Shown: piece by piece, positions 9,249 through 19,664 of the stretch
Position numbering within the stretch: the first letter of the stretch is position 1
Layout of the letters: every line of letters begins with the position of its first letter
Source of the DNA: Flavobacteriales bacterium
GTDB taxonomy: Bacteria > Bacteroidota > Bacteroidia > NS11-12g > UBA9320
Length of the DNA stretch: 64,000 bases
Direction: 5' to 3'
NCBI GenBank assembly: GCA_020635455.1
Contig: JACJZT010000005.1
Location: forward strand, 137,358 to 201,357
Position numbers and translations under genes: made by a program
Notes under the pieces: generated by a model
Seen by the model: the letters and a program-made list of their open reading frames with translations, nothing else
The model's database searches: none
Told to the model about the DNA's origin: nothing

Positions 9249-11894
9249 ATGAAGAAATATTTACTATTTACCCTAGCCTTTGTAGGTACTGCAAGCGCCA
9301 TCTTCTTCAGTATGAATAAAAGCCGGGATTATTACAGCTACAACGCATATCCCAATGCAAAACAGGGCCACGCCATCAATGGCATGGAATTTATTTACAA
9401 GATGAAGGCCAATCATATTACCGGAATTCTTGATGTAAAGGATGTAATGGCTGCAAAGCAACAGATCAATAACATGCGTTTGAATAAGGCAGGTTTTCCA
9501 TTGGTCTGGACCGAATCAGGTCCGGATAACGTTGGTGGAAGATGCCGTACAATACTAATTGACAAGGATGACCCGAACGTTCTGTATGCTGCCGGGGTTT
9601 CCGGGGGTATTTTTAAATCTACCAATGCAGCTGCTTCATGGAAAGCCCTTGACGATGCGATGAGTACTTTGGCTTTTCAAAGTTCATGTCAGGATAAGGA
9701 TGGTAACATCTATTTCGGTTCAGGAGAAAACGCTGGTGGTTTTGGTGGAAGTCCGGACCGCGAAGGATCCGCCTTCCCCGGTGAAGGGATCTTTAAATCT
9801 ACCGATGGACAAACTTTCACTCAGCTGGCTACTACAAAAGGATTTAACTATGTGAACTGCATGGCCTACAGCCCAAAAGACAATGTTATTTATGCAGGTA
9901 CTGAATCAAATCTGAAATACTCTGACGATGGAGGGGCTACCTGGAAAAATGTGTTTACAGGATTGTGCCGGGATGTTAAAGTTACCAAAGAAGGAACCGT
10001 TCTTGCCTATATGGGAGCTAAGATCTATCGTTCCACAACCGGAACTGTTGCAAATAGTTATACTGCTGCAACCGGTATTACAGGAGGTTTCAACCGAATG
10101 GTTCTTGCGATCTCTCCACAGGACCCAAACTATGTTTACGTTCTGACCTCTGCTTCCAATAACTTTGGTGGATTGTTTCAGTCCACAGATGGAGGGATTA
10201 GCTTTAATGAGATCGTTCCCGGAGGAAGTACTTTTTTCAATCCTTTGAATCAGGGTGCAGGCGGACAGGGAAATTACGACCTGTGCGTAGCAGTTCACCC
10301 CCGCGACAAGAAAAAGGTATTCATGGGTGGGGTAATTATGGCCGAATGGACCGAAACCAAAGGCCCGATCGAAGTTAATAATGGTACCCATAGCGATCAT
10401 CACTGGTTCATCTTTGATACCATTTCATCCCCAATGAGAATGTACAACGGAAACGATGGAGGGGTATACCGATCCGTAAATGAAAAATTTAATTATTTCG
10501 CACCTTATAACATTGGATTTAATGTGACCCAATTCTACGGTATTGCTGCAAACTCTAACGGAGATATTATTGGTGGTACGCAAGATAACGGAACACAATA
10601 TATCAGTAAGGTAGGCACCGAAAAAATGAGGGCTGAAGCCATTTACGGCGGTGACGGCTTTCGTTGTGAAATTTCAAAAAAAGATAAAAATGCCTTTGTA
10701 GTTGAATCGTATTACGGAAACATTGCCAGATCTCAGAACAAAGGAGCCAGTACAGGAAGCATCCTGGATAAACGCGTTCCCCGATTTAAACTCAATTCTT
10801 CCGGTGGTCTTGAAGCTGACCCAAAAGGCAACTATATACAGGCACCTTTCAATACCGCAATTAAACTGGTTGAAGTTCAGGATACCATTAATCGTTTGTT
10901 CGTGGGTGCCAATTCAGATGTATGGATGGTTGAACATGTTATCAATCCATCTAAAAACCCAACCTGGTTTAAGGTTGCTACGGTTAACCAAACCCATGTT
11001 ATTGAAGCTTCCGATGATGGTAAACATATTTTTATCGGAAGAAGCGGCGCACTTACCAGAGTAACTATTCCAACCGATACTGCGGGTCATCATTTTTATT
11101 TTGATACCCTTGACAATCTCAACCCTGCCAACATTTATCCCGGAATTAAAGAGGATAATATTTATGGTAATTTGCCTGCCGGACGTTTTATAACCGGTAT
11201 TGCCATAGACCGTCTGGATGCAAATAAAGTGCTTGTTACCATGGGTAACTACGGAAGTACAAACTTTATTTATTATTCTGAAGACGCTTTGGCACCCGCT
11301 CCCACTTGGAGAGAAGTTCAGGGTAATTTGCCAAGAATGCCGGTTTTTGATGCTGAATTTGTGTACGATAAGCCTGGTATGGTTGTTATAGGTACTGAAT
11401 TCGGGATCTGGGGTACCACAAATATTAACGCTACTACCGTGAGCTGGCAGGAACAAAATCAAGGAGTTAGTGCAAGCAAACCTTTCCCAAGAGTTGCGGT
11501 ATTTGAATTAAGACAGGTTGAAAGCCACCCTGGAGATGATGGATCAATTATTGTGGCCGGAACGCATGGTCGGGGTATATTTGAAACCAGTACTCTTTAC
11601 GCTCCATCTTCTATTCGTAATACCTCCGGGAAGGAAACCGTTAAAATGGTCGTGTACCCAAATCCGGTTCAGGATTTTGCCAACCTGAGGTTTAGCATTA
11701 AACAAAAAGACAATATCCGTGTTAAGGTGATGGACCTTAGTGGTAAGGTTGTTTATTCAGAACAACTAACCAATCAAAACACAGGTAGTAAATTAATTAA
11801 GGTTCCCGTAAACGATCTGATCAACGGAACCTATGTGGTGAGTATAACCGGAAATTACCATAAAGGTGCAAGCAAAATTATTGTTCAGCACTGA
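9249..11894 (+). CDS. BNR/Asp-box beta-propeller protein (sortilin/GH74-like) with T9SS type A C-terminal sorting domain
   Basis: Signal peptide. Repeated Asp-boxes (SDDGGATW, STDGQTF, STDGGISF). C-terminus VVYPNPVQDFANLRF...GTYVVSITG...KIIVQH. Confidence 0.75.
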   Translation: MKKYLLFTLAFVGTASAIFFSMNKSRDYYSYNAYPNAKQGHAINGMEFIYKMKANHITGILDVKDVMAAKQQINNMRLNKAGFPLVWTESGPDNVGGRCRTILIDKDDPNVLYAAGVSGGIFKSTNAAASWKALDDAMSTLAFQSSCQDKDGNIYFGSGENAGGFGGSPDREGSAFPGEGIFKSTDGQTFTQLATTKGFNYVNCMAYSPKDNVIYAGTESNLKYSDDGGATWKNVFTGLCRDVKVTKEGTVLAYMGAKIYRSTTGTVANSYTAATGITGGFNRMVLAISPQDPNYVYVLTSASNNFGGLFQSTDGGISFNEIVPGGSTFFNPLNQGAGGQGNYDLCVAVHPRDKKKVFMGGVIMAEWTETKGPIEVNNGTHSDHHWFIFDTISSPMRMYNGNDGGVYRSVNEKFNYFAPYNIGFNVTQFYGIAANSNGDIIGGTQDNGTQYISKVGTEKMRAEAIYGGDGFRCEISKKDKNAFVVESYYGNIARSQNKGASTGSILDKRVPRFKLNSSGGLEADPKGNYIQAPFNTAIKLVEVQDTINRLFVGANSDVWMVEHVINPSKNPTWFKVATVNQTHVIEASDDGKHIFIGRSGALTRVTIPTDTAGHHFYFDTLDNLNPANIYPGIKEDNIYGNLPAGRFITGIAIDRLDANKVLVTMGNYGSTNFIYYSEDALAPAPTWREVQGNLPRMPVFDAEFVYDKPGMVVIGTEFGIWGTTNINATTVSWQEQNQGVSASKPFPRVAVFELRQVESHPGDDGSIIVAGTHGRGIFETSTLYAPSSIRNTSGKETVKMVVYPNPVQDFANLRFSIKQKDNIRVKVMDLSGKVVYSEQLTNQNTGSKLIKVPVNDLINGTYVVSITGNYHKGASKIIVQH

Positions 11895-11912
11895 TTCATA
11901 AACTAAATACAG

Positions 11913-11949
11913 AAAGCCGTCCTGATCTTTATAGGACGGCTTTTTTTTT
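11913..11949 (+). terminator. rho-independent terminator
   Basis: GCCGTCCT (11916-11923) and AGGACGGC (11933-11940) form an 8-bp stem, followed by nine T residues. Confidence 0.8.
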
Positions 11950-12050
11950 ACCGACACATTTTCCGGCTATGCTGTACTTACTTATAATCCCTCTAATCAA
12001 TACTTTTAAAGTTCCCTGCTAAATAAAAGGTTCTTTTATAGGGATATTTT

Positions 12051-12058
12051 TATCTTTG
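12051..12058 (+). promoter_or_regulatory. -7 box TATCTTTG upstream of pheT
   Basis: Exact TAnnTTTG match ending 6 nt before the pheT ATG (12065). Confidence 0.35.
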
Positions 12059-12064
12059 CGCCTT

Positions 12065-14398
12065 ATGAAAATTTCACTTTCCTGGCTGAAAAATCACATT
12101 GACCTCCCGGAGTCTCCGGAGCAAATATCCGATCTGTTGACCAATTGCGGATTAGAGGTTGAAGACCTTCAGGAAATTGGAAGTCCCAAAGGTCTGGAGG
12201 AGCTAAAGGTTGGACTGGTGAAGGAGGTTTCGGTTCACCCTAACGCCGATAAATTAAAACTAACAAAAGTTGACATTGGTGGTGAAAATACCTTAAACAT
12301 CGTTTGCGGTGCTCCAAATGTTGAGGCAGGACAAAAGGTGATCGTTGCTCCGGTTGGATGTACCATCTATCCAACAAACGGTGAACCTCTTACGATGCGT
12401 AAAGCAAAAATAAGGGGCGAACTTTCTGAAGGAATGATTTGCGCCGAGGACGAGATCGGACTTGGAAGCTCTCATGATGGCATTAAGGTACTTGCAAACG
12501 ATACACCTATTGGTCCCTTAAAGGCCGGGTTTCTAAGTATAAATTCGGATTGTGTTTTAGAGATCGGACTAACACCAAACCGTGGCGATGCAGCCTCCCA
12601 TCTTGGTGTGGCCAGAGACCTTAAAGCATTGCTCGACAGGAATTTGAATACTATCCCATCTCAGAGTATTGCCGCAACTAAAGCCTCATCAATAAATATA
12701 AACATCGATGATCCGGACGGTTGCAATGCCTACAATGGTTTGTTGATCAAAAATGTGAAGGTTGTATCTTCCCCTCCTGAATTACAGTCTAAACTCAAGG
12801 CAATAGGAATTCAACCCATCAATGCAATAGTGGATATAGGAAACTATATCATGATGGACATTGGTCAACCTATGCACGCTTTTGATTTCGATAAGATTGG
12901 TAATACCATTACCGTAAGAATGTCCGGACCCGGTGAATCTCTGATAACTCTTGATAAGACCGAACGGAAATTAAATGGAGAGGAGTTGATCATTGCAGAT
13001 GAAAATGGTCCATTGGCCATTGCCGGCGTAATGGGTGGATTGAAAAGTAGCATAACGGAAAATACTACAAATGTATATTTTGAAAGTGCCTGGTTTGATC
13101 CTTCCAAGGTTAGAAGATCTGCCAAAAAACTTGGATTGAGCACCGATTCTTCCTTTCGTTTTGAAAGAGGGATAAACCCTAAAACCACTTATGATGCTCT
13201 TGAAAAAGCTGCTGAAATGGTCAGAGAACTTTTCCCGGAGTCGGAAATATTCCTTCCGGATCAGAAAGTTTTAAAAAAAGCTGAACCTCAAAAAATTAAA
13301 CTCAATAAACGAAAAATCAGTTCTCTGGTCGGCACCAATATTGAGGATCGGATTATTGAAAACATCCTGAAAAATCTCGATATAGAAATTGAGTCTGAAA
13401 ACGAAGGTGAATTTAAACTTAACGTTCCTCCCTACCGTTATGACGTGGTAAGAGATGTGGATGTTATTGAAGAGATCCTGAGGATCTACGGCTTCAATAA
13501 AATTCCAATGCCGGAAGTACTACACAGTGCTGCCGTCGTTCAGGAAAAACCCGACAAAACGGCCGTACTGGAAAAGATTTGCAATTATCTTTCCTCCATA
13601 GGATTTTCAGAGATCAAAACAAACTCCTTATCGGCAGAAGATCATTATAATGAGCATGAAGTATCCTCAGCAGTTCATCTGCTTAATCCCTTAAGCAAGG
13701 AATTGTCCATTCTCAGACCCTCCATGTTACCCTCCTTATTGCAGGCCATTGCCTTTAACCGCAACCGCAAACAACAGGACCTGAAATTTTATGAACTGGG
13801 TAAAACTTATAAAAAAACAGAAAAGGGGTATCTGGAAATTGAAAAGCTAGCTCTGGCAATTTGTGGAAAAAGAGAATCGGCCAACTGGCTTAACAAGCCA
13901 GGAAACGTAGATGAGTATTATCTGAAAACCATACTTAAAAACCTGATGAGGTCGGCCGGTGTTCTGAATCCAAAAATACCTTCTTTAGTAATGCCCGATC
14001 AAAAAGACCTGCTTAAATTCGACATCAATCAGGAGGTCTTGTATGCCGAGATCAATGTTGAATCCTTGATGAACACCCTTCGAAATCAAGTATTTGAACT
14101 GGAAGAGATCCCGGTTTTCCCTGAAGTTCACAGAGATCTGAATTTAATATTTGATTCTGAAGTAAGTTATCAGGAAATTGAAAAACTGGCGGTAAATTCC
14201 CTGGGTACGTATCTGAGGAGCATCTCTCTGGCCGATGTTTATGAAGGAAAACCACTTGAAACAGGACAAAAATCGTATACCTTAAATCTATTGCTTTACG
14301 ATAAGGAAAAAACGATGAACGATAAACAGATCGATGCCTTAATGAAAAAACTTATTCATAACTTTGAAAATAAGTTAAAGGCCATTATTAGAAAATAA
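12065..14398 (+). CDS. pheT: phenylalanine--tRNA ligase beta subunit
   Basis: MKISLSWLK.. N-terminus, tRNA-binding domain (HPNADKL..GAPN), B3/4, B5 and C-terminal FDX-ACB regions. I prefer the ATG at 12065 over the TTG at 12056. Confidence 0.95.
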   Translation: MKISLSWLKNHIDLPESPEQISDLLTNCGLEVEDLQEIGSPKGLEELKVGLVKEVSVHPNADKLKLTKVDIGGENTLNIVCGAPNVEAGQKVIVAPVGCTIYPTNGEPLTMRKAKIRGELSEGMICAEDEIGLGSSHDGIKVLANDTPIGPLKAGFLSINSDCVLEIGLTPNRGDAASHLGVARDLKALLDRNLNTIPSQSIAATKASSININIDDPDGCNAYNGLLIKNVKVVSSPPELQSKLKAIGIQPINAIVDIGNYIMMDIGQPMHAFDFDKIGNTITVRMSGPGESLITLDKTERKLNGEELIIADENGPLAIAGVMGGLKSSITENTTNVYFESAWFDPSKVRRSAKKLGLSTDSSFRFERGINPKTTYDALEKAAEMVRELFPESEIFLPDQKVLKKAEPQKIKLNKRKISSLVGTNIEDRIIENILKNLDIEIESENEGEFKLNVPPYRYDVVRDVDVIEEILRIYGFNKIPMPEVLHSAAVVQEKPDKTAVLEKICNYLSSIGFSEIKTNSLSAEDHYNEHEVSSAVHLLNPLSKELSILRPSMLPSLLQAIAFNRNRKQQDLKFYELGKTYKKTEKGYLEIEKLALAICGKRESANWLNKPGNVDEYYLKTILKNLMRSAGVLNPKIPSLVMPDQKDLLKFDINQEVLYAEINVESLMNTLRNQVFELEEIPVFPEVHRDLNLIFDSEVSYQEIEKLAVNSLGTYLRSISLADVYEGKPLETGQKSYTLNLLLYDKEKTMNDKQIDALMKKLIHNFENKLKAIIRK

Positions 14399-14404
14399 GG
14401 TTTT

Positions 14405-14695
14405 ATGACAGACATTCGGCTTATCCTTGACAGCATACGAGAAAAAACAGAGCGTCTGGTGCATAAGAACAGGGTGCTTGATACTGAAAATCGTGAATTG
14501 ATACAAAAAATAAATGATCTTGAAAAATCACTTAACTTACAAAGAGAAACCATAAAGGATTTAGAAGAGAAAAATAAATTGCTTAAAATTGCACATTCGA
14601 TTGATTCTGAAACGGATGATAAGAAGGAATTAAAACTTAAGATCAACGAATTTATTAGAGAGATCGATAAAACCATGTCGTTATTAAACGATTGA
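14405..14695 (+). CDS. coiled-coil protein upstream of zapA (ZapB-like by composition only)
   Basis: 96 aa, Glu/Lys/Leu-rich with a heptad-like pattern. It sits 7 nt after pheT and 16 nt before zapA. Confidence 0.45.
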   Translation: MTDIRLILDSIREKTERLVHKNRVLDTENRELIQKINDLEKSLNLQRETIKDLEEKNKLLKIAHSIDSETDDKKELKLKINEFIREIDKTMSLLND

Positions 14696-14711
14696 AAATG
14701 ATAATTAACCG

Positions 14712-15008
14712 GTGGAAGAAAAAGAGATTTCCATAAAGGTATTGATAGGTGACAGACATTATCCGTTAAAAATTTCTTCTAATGAAGAAGAAAATGTTAG
14801 AAAAGCGGCTAAACTGGTAAACGAACGTTCAAAATTTTATACCGATAATTATTCGGTACAGGATAAACAAGACGCCATGGCCATGGCAGCATTAGAATTT
14901 GCATCTGAAAATTTAAATGTTATGGCTAAGGATAAATCCATTTCCAATGAAATGGAAAATTTACTACTTGATCTCGACCAATATCTTTCTGCACAGGAAT
15001 CCTTCTGA
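14712..15008 (+). CDS. zapA: cell division protein ZapA
   Basis: 98 aa with ISIKVLIGDRHYPLKI..EEE..VRKAA..V, the usual ZapA N-terminal pattern. GTG start. Confidence 0.7.
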   Translation: MEEKEISIKVLIGDRHYPLKISSNEEENVRKAAKLVNERSKFYTDNYSVQDKQDAMAMAALEFASENLNVMAKDKSISNEMENLLLDLDQYLSAQESF

Positions 15009-15045
15009 TTCATCCTCCACAAAGAAAACTTAAAACGAACCAAAG

Positions 15046-16587
15046 ATGGATGTACTATCACTATTAATTGGTATCGTGGCAGGCTTAGCAGCCGGATACG
15101 TTATTGCCACATACCTTGGAAACAAAAGAAGCGAAAACAAAGCCGATGGCATTATTGCAGATGCAAAGGTTAAAGCCGAAAGTATTTTAAAAAGTAAAGA
15201 ACTGGAAGCCAAAGAACGATTCTTTGAGTTGAAAAACCAGCACGATGAAAAAGTAAAGATCAAAAACCGGGAGATCGCTGAAGCTGAAAACAAATTTCGC
15301 GGAAGAGAGCAGAGTTTGAATGACCGCATTAGTAACCTCGACAAAAAACTCAATGAAGCAGAGCAATTAAAAAGCGAACTTTCGAAGCAGATTGAAGTTG
15401 CAAAAGTTAAAAAGCAGGAGGCAGAAAAATTACATGCAAGTCAGGTTGCCCAACTTGAAAAAATTGCCGGCTTATCGGCAGAGGCAGCCAAAAATGAATT
15501 GGTTGAGGCTTTGAAATCAGAAGCTCAGAATCAGGCTTTGTCTCAGATGAAACTTATTATGGATGAAGCAAAACTTACCGCAACCCGGGATGCAAAAAGG
15601 ATGGTACTGCAAACCATTCAGCGTACTGCGGCAGAGCAGGCCATTGAAAATACGGTTACAGTTTTTCACATCGAAAACGATGAGGTCAAAGGAAGAATCA
15701 TCGGTAGAGAAGGTAGAAACATCAGAGCTCTTGAATCTGCAACCGGGATCGAGATCATTGTTGACGATACTCCAGAAGCGATCATTCTTTCGGGATTCGA
15801 CCCGATTCGAAGGGAAGTTGCAAGGTTGTCCTTGCACAGACTGGTTTCCGATGGAAGGATCCATCCTGCCAGGATCGAAGAGGTTGTTGAAAAAACGAGA
15901 AAGGATGTTGAACAGGAGATCATCGAAATAGGACAAAAAACGGTTGTAGACCTGGGAGTGAATGGTCTTCACCCCGAACTGATACGAATGGTTGGAAGAA
16001 TGCGCTATCGTTCTTCTTATGGACAAAATTTGCTCAAGCACAGTAGGGAAGTTGCCAATTTATGCGCCATCATGGCCACAGAATTCGGACTAAATCCCAA
16101 AATGGCAAAAAGAGCCGGATTATTGCACGATATTGGAAAAGTTCCCGACGATGACCCCGAAACACCGCATGCACTTCTTGGTATGAAGCTGGCCGAAAAA
16201 TACGGCGAACATCCGGATGTGGTAAACGCGATCGGAGCACATCACGATGAAATTGAAATGAACAACCTGATTAGCCCGATCATTCAGGCTTGTGATGCAA
16301 TTTCAGGATCCAGACCGGGTGCCAGAAGAGAAGACAGCGAGGCTTATATCAAGAGATTGGTTGATCTTGAAAAACTCGCCATTGGTTTTGATGGTGTGGA
16401 CAAAGCATTTGCCATTCAGGCCGGAAGAGAATTGCGCGTGATCGTTAACAGCGACATACTGGATGATAAACAGGCCGACCTTCTTTCATTTGACATTTCG
16501 CAAAAAATAATGAAGGAAATGATTTATCCCGGACAAATTAAAGTTACTGTAATCAGAGAAAGAAGGGCTGTTGCCATTGCTAAATAA
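15046..16587 (+). CDS. rny: ribonuclease Y
   Basis: N-terminal TM helix, long coiled coil, KH motif [15 protein letters not shown], and HD domain LLHDIGK..HH. Confidence 0.95.
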   Translation: MDVLSLLIGIVAGLAAGYVIATYLGNKRSENKADGIIADAKVKAESILKSKELEAKERFFELKNQHDEKVKIKNREIAEAENKFRGREQSLNDRISNLDKKLNEAEQLKSELSKQIEVAKVKKQEAEKLHASQVAQLEKIAGLSAEAAKNELVEALKSEAQNQALSQMKLIMDEAKLTATRDAKRMVLQTIQRTAAEQAIENTVTVFHIENDEVKGRIIGREGRNIRALESATGIEIIVDDTPEAIILSGFDPIRREVARLSLHRLVSDGRIHPARIEEVVEKTRKDVEQEIIEIGQKTVVDLGVNGLHPELIRMVGRMRYRSSYGQNLLKHSREVANLCAIMATEFGLNPKMAKRAGLLHDIGKVPDDDPETPHALLGMKLAEKYGEHPDVVNAIGAHHDEIEMNNLISPIIQACDAISGSRPGARREDSEAYIKRLVDLEKLAIGFDGVDKAFAIQAGRELRVIVNSDILDDKQADLLSFDISQKIMKEMIYPGQIKVTVIRERRAVAIAK

Positions 16588-16605
16588 CAATTTAAATCAC
16601 ATACT

Positions 16606-17172
16606 TTGAAAAACATTGTTCTGTTTGGACCTCCGGGTGCCGGTAAAGGAACCCAGTCTGAAAAACTGATAGAAAAATATAAACTAATTCATCTTTCAAC
16701 AGGTGATATACTAAGAGCCGAACGCAAAGCCGGTACCCCTCTTGGAAAAAAGGCCAATGAATACATCGATAAGGGTATTCTGGTGCCCGATGAAGTTGTT
16801 ATCGGGATGGTTGAGAATAAGATCAATGAGTTTCCGGATTGCCCCGGATTTATCTTTGATGGCTTCCCGAGAACTACCGCTCAGGGTGAAGCCCTCGACA
16901 CTATGCTGAATGAAAAAGGCAGTCCGATCACCATGATGATCGCCCTTGAAGTGGATGAAGATGAGCTCACCAAACGATTGCTTCTAAGAGGCCAAACTTC
17001 CGGCAGAGAAGATGATAAAAATGAAGATACCATTCGCAAACGCTTCAAGGTTTATAATGAAGAAACCCTTCCTTTGAAGGAGTTTTACAACCTTCAGGGT
17101 AAATACTTTGGCGTAAACGGAATGAACAGCATAGAGCAGGTGTTTGAAGACATTTGCAAATTACTGGACTGA
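16606..17172 (+). CDS. adk: adenylate kinase (short-LID form)
   Basis: P-loop GPPGAGKGTQ, DGFPRT, no Cys4 LID. TTG start. Confidence 0.95.
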   Translation: MKNIVLFGPPGAGKGTQSEKLIEKYKLIHLSTGDILRAERKAGTPLGKKANEYIDKGILVPDEVVIGMVENKINEFPDCPGFIFDGFPRTTAQGEALDTMLNEKGSPITMMIALEVDEDELTKRLLLRGQTSGREDDKNEDTIRKRFKVYNEETLPLKEFYNLQGKYFGVNGMNSIEQVFEDICKLLD

Positions 17173-17239
17173 TCTCAGACCTTCTGTTATCTGTGCAGGA
17201 TCCATGAACACATAACCAGGATACCTAACCCGAATTATT

Positions 17240-18229
17240 TTGGCACAATCCAATTTTGTCGACTATGTAAAGATCTTTTTCAGAAGTGGGAAAGGTGGTG
17301 CAGGCTGTTTTCACCTTCACAGGGATAAAAGAACCTCCAAAGGTGGTCCTGATGGTGGTGATGGTGGTGACGGCGGCTCGGTGATCTTAAGAGGTAATTC
17401 ACAAATGTGGACCTTGCTTCACTTAAAGTATCATAAGCACATACATTGTGAAGATGGAAAAAAAGGTGAAGGTGCAAATAAAAAAGGAGCACAGGGCAAG
17501 TCCGAAATTATTGAAGTTCCACTGGGTACCGTGGCCAAAGACGCTGAAACCGGCGAATTTATTTTTGAAATAACAGAAGATGGTCAGGAAGAGGTCCTCA
17601 TGAAAGGAGGACGAGGTGGTTTGGGAAACTGGCATTTTAAGTCTTCCACAAATCAAACTCCTCACTATGCACAACCGGGTGAAGATGGCGTTGAAGGATG
17701 GAAGATTCTTGAATTAAAAGTACTAGCCGATGTTGGTCTGGTGGGTTTTCCCAATGCAGGTAAAAGCACCCTTCTTTCGGTTATCACTGCCGCTAAACCG
17801 GAAATTGCCAATTATCCTTTTACTACTCTGGTGCCCAATCTGGGTATTGTAAATTATCGCGATTATAAATCCTTTATCGTAGCCGATATTCCCGGAATCA
17901 TTGAAGGTGCCGCGGAAGGAAAAGGTTTGGGCACGCGTTTTTTAAGACATATCGAACGAAATTCCGTTTTGCTTTTTATGATACCTGCTGATGCCGTAAA
18001 TATCCGGGAAGAGTTCGGTATACTGCTGGACGAGCTCAAAAAACACAACGAAGAATTGTTGTTTAAGAACCGTTTGGTGGCCATTACAAAAAGTGATACC
18101 ATTGACCCTGAATTAATGGAAATGCTGAAAGCCGATCTCCCTGAAAACGAAACCTGCATCTTCATTTCCAGTGTTACAGGATATAATATTCAGGCTCTCA
18201 AAGATGAATTATGGAAAATGTTGCAATAA
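17240..18229 (+). CDS. obg: GTPase ObgE/CgtA
   Basis: Obg fold [31 protein letters not shown] and G domain [20 protein letters not shown] start. Confidence 0.95.
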   Translation: MAQSNFVDYVKIFFRSGKGGAGCFHLHRDKRTSKGGPDGGDGGDGGSVILRGNSQMWTLLHLKYHKHIHCEDGKKGEGANKKGAQGKSEIIEVPLGTVAKDAETGEFIFEITEDGQEEVLMKGGRGGLGNWHFKSSTNQTPHYAQPGEDGVEGWKILELKVLADVGLVGFPNAGKSTLLSVITAAKPEIANYPFTTLVPNLGIVNYRDYKSFIVADIPGIIEGAAEGKGLGTRFLRHIERNSVLLFMIPADAVNIREEFGILLDELKKHNEELLFKNRLVAITKSDTIDPELMEMLKADLPENETCIFISSVTGYNIQALKDELWKMLQ

Positions 18230-18259
18230 GGTGTAATTCCTGTGTTCGATATTTGCAGT

Positions 18260-18742
18260 ATGTTAGGGCTTGAGAACTTGCACAATCCGGGGGTAAAACC
18301 AAATGAAGCCGCTGGAAGAATTCAATTCTTTCTCTTTCTATTGTTTTTTTTGTTTCACCCTTCTCAGGCAAAGGCATTGCAAAGGACTGCAAAGGATTCG
18401 TCGAACTCGATTACCTTGTATATTTTTAGCGGATCAGACTGGTGCCCGAATTGTCTGAAATTAAAACAGAGGGTGCTGGACAAGGAAAATTTTCAAAAAA
18501 AATTACAAGACTCAGGAATACGAATCGTTGTACTTGATTTTCCACAAAAAAGAAAACAAGATCCGGAAGTTGTGAAATTCAATCGCCTGATGGCCGAGAA
18601 GTTTGGGTTTGACGGTGGCTTTCCTACTCTTGTGCTCTATGAACCGGTTAAGAATACCTACATTAAATTCCTTTATCACAATGAGGATGAGGAGAGTTTT
18701 CATAAACTAATCCTTAATGAACTGAACGTTTTGTATGAATGA
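18260..18742 (+). CDS. secreted thioredoxin-fold protein (CxxC = WCPNC)
   Basis: Hydrophobic leader ..IQFFLFLLFFLFHPSQAKA followed by SGSDWCPNCLKLK. The first in-frame ATG is at 18260; the track ORF starts at a GTG at 18242. Confidence 0.7.
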   Translation: MLGLENLHNPGVKPNEAAGRIQFFLFLLFFLFHPSQAKALQRTAKDSSNSITLYIFSGSDWCPNCLKLKQRVLDKENFQKKLQDSGIRIVVLDFPQKRKQDPEVVKFNRLMAEKFGFDGGFPTLVLYEPVKNTYIKFLYHNEDEESFHKLILNELNVLYE

Positions 18743-19664
18743 GTTCAGGATTCAAAAAAAATGTATGGGCTCTGCCTTTGAATTAATCCTTTACAAAGAA
18801 ACTTCATCGGAAGCAGACCGTCTTTTTGAACTTGCATTTAAGGAGATAGAAAGAATTGAAGATCTGATATCCGAATTCAGACCCCATTCCGAACTCAGTG
18901 CGATAAATAAAAACTCAGGACTTAATGGTGTAAAAGTTTCAAACGAGGTGTTTCAATTGTTTGAGCGGTCGATTAACCTTTCCAGGTTAACAAAAGGAGC
19001 TTTTGACGTTACCGTGGGTCCGCTTAAGAAATTGTACAAATTTGAGAATCGAAATTTCATTTTTCCATCGAAACAAAACATAAAAGAAGCCCTGGATAAA
19101 GTTGGTTTTCAAAAAATCAGGATCGACCGCGGTAAAAAAGAAGTATATTTAACCGAAAAAAATATGACGGTTAGTTTCGCTGCAATTGGTAAAGGATATG
19201 CTGCCGATGTCGTAAAAAAACTCTGGATTGAAAAGGGTGTTGAACATGCAGTTATAAGTGCAAGCGGCGATTTGTCCACCATAGGATGTAAACCGGATAG
19301 ATCCAAATGGAAGATCGGTATTGCGAATCCGGAGAACAAAAATGAAATGTTGCTTTATTTGCCGCTGAACAATTCGAGCATTGCAACCTCAGGCAACTAC
19401 GAACAATATTTTATGAACGAAGGAATTAAATATTCTCATAACATTAACCCCATTAACGGAATGCCCGTTAAAAGCATCAACAGTGTAAGCGTGGTAAGTC
19501 CGGGAGCCGAATTGTCCGACGCATTGGCAACCGCAGTTTATATAATGGGAGCAGAAGCCGGTATTCATTTTATTGATCAACTTCCGAATACACATGCCAT
19601 TATTCTGGATGATAAAAACCGTATATTGAAATCGAAAAACATTCACATTCTTGAAAACTCTTAA
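18735..19664 (+). CDS. apbE: FAD:protein FMN transferase (ApbE family)
   Basis: Family motifs FDVTVGPL, AIGKGYAADVV, ISASGD, IATSGNYEQ. It overlaps the thioredoxin-like gene by 8 nt. No signal peptide is visible. Confidence 0.85.
   Translation: MNEFRIQKKCMGSAFELILYKETSSEADRLFELAFKEIERIEDLISEFRPHSELSAINKNSGLNGVKVSNEVFQLFERSINLSRLTKGAFDVTVGPLKKLYKFENRNFIFPSKQNIKEALDKVGFQKIRIDRGKKEVYLTEKNMTVSFAAIGKGYAADVVKKLWIEKGVEHAVISASGDLSTIGCKPDRSKWKIGIANPENKNEMLLYLPLNNSSIATSGNYEQYFMNEGIKYSHNINPINGMPVKSINSVSVVSPGAELSDALATAVYIMGAEAGIHFIDQLPNTHAIILDDKNRILKSKNIHILENS

Noticed and set aside
14356-15353. Minus-strand ORFs 14356..14676, 14849..15061 and 15030..15353
   Set aside because: They are antisense to Lys/Glu-rich coiled-coil coding sequence (the ZapB-like gene, zapA and the rny N-terminus). 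Such sequence generically yields open Ser/Phe/Leu-rich reverse frames.
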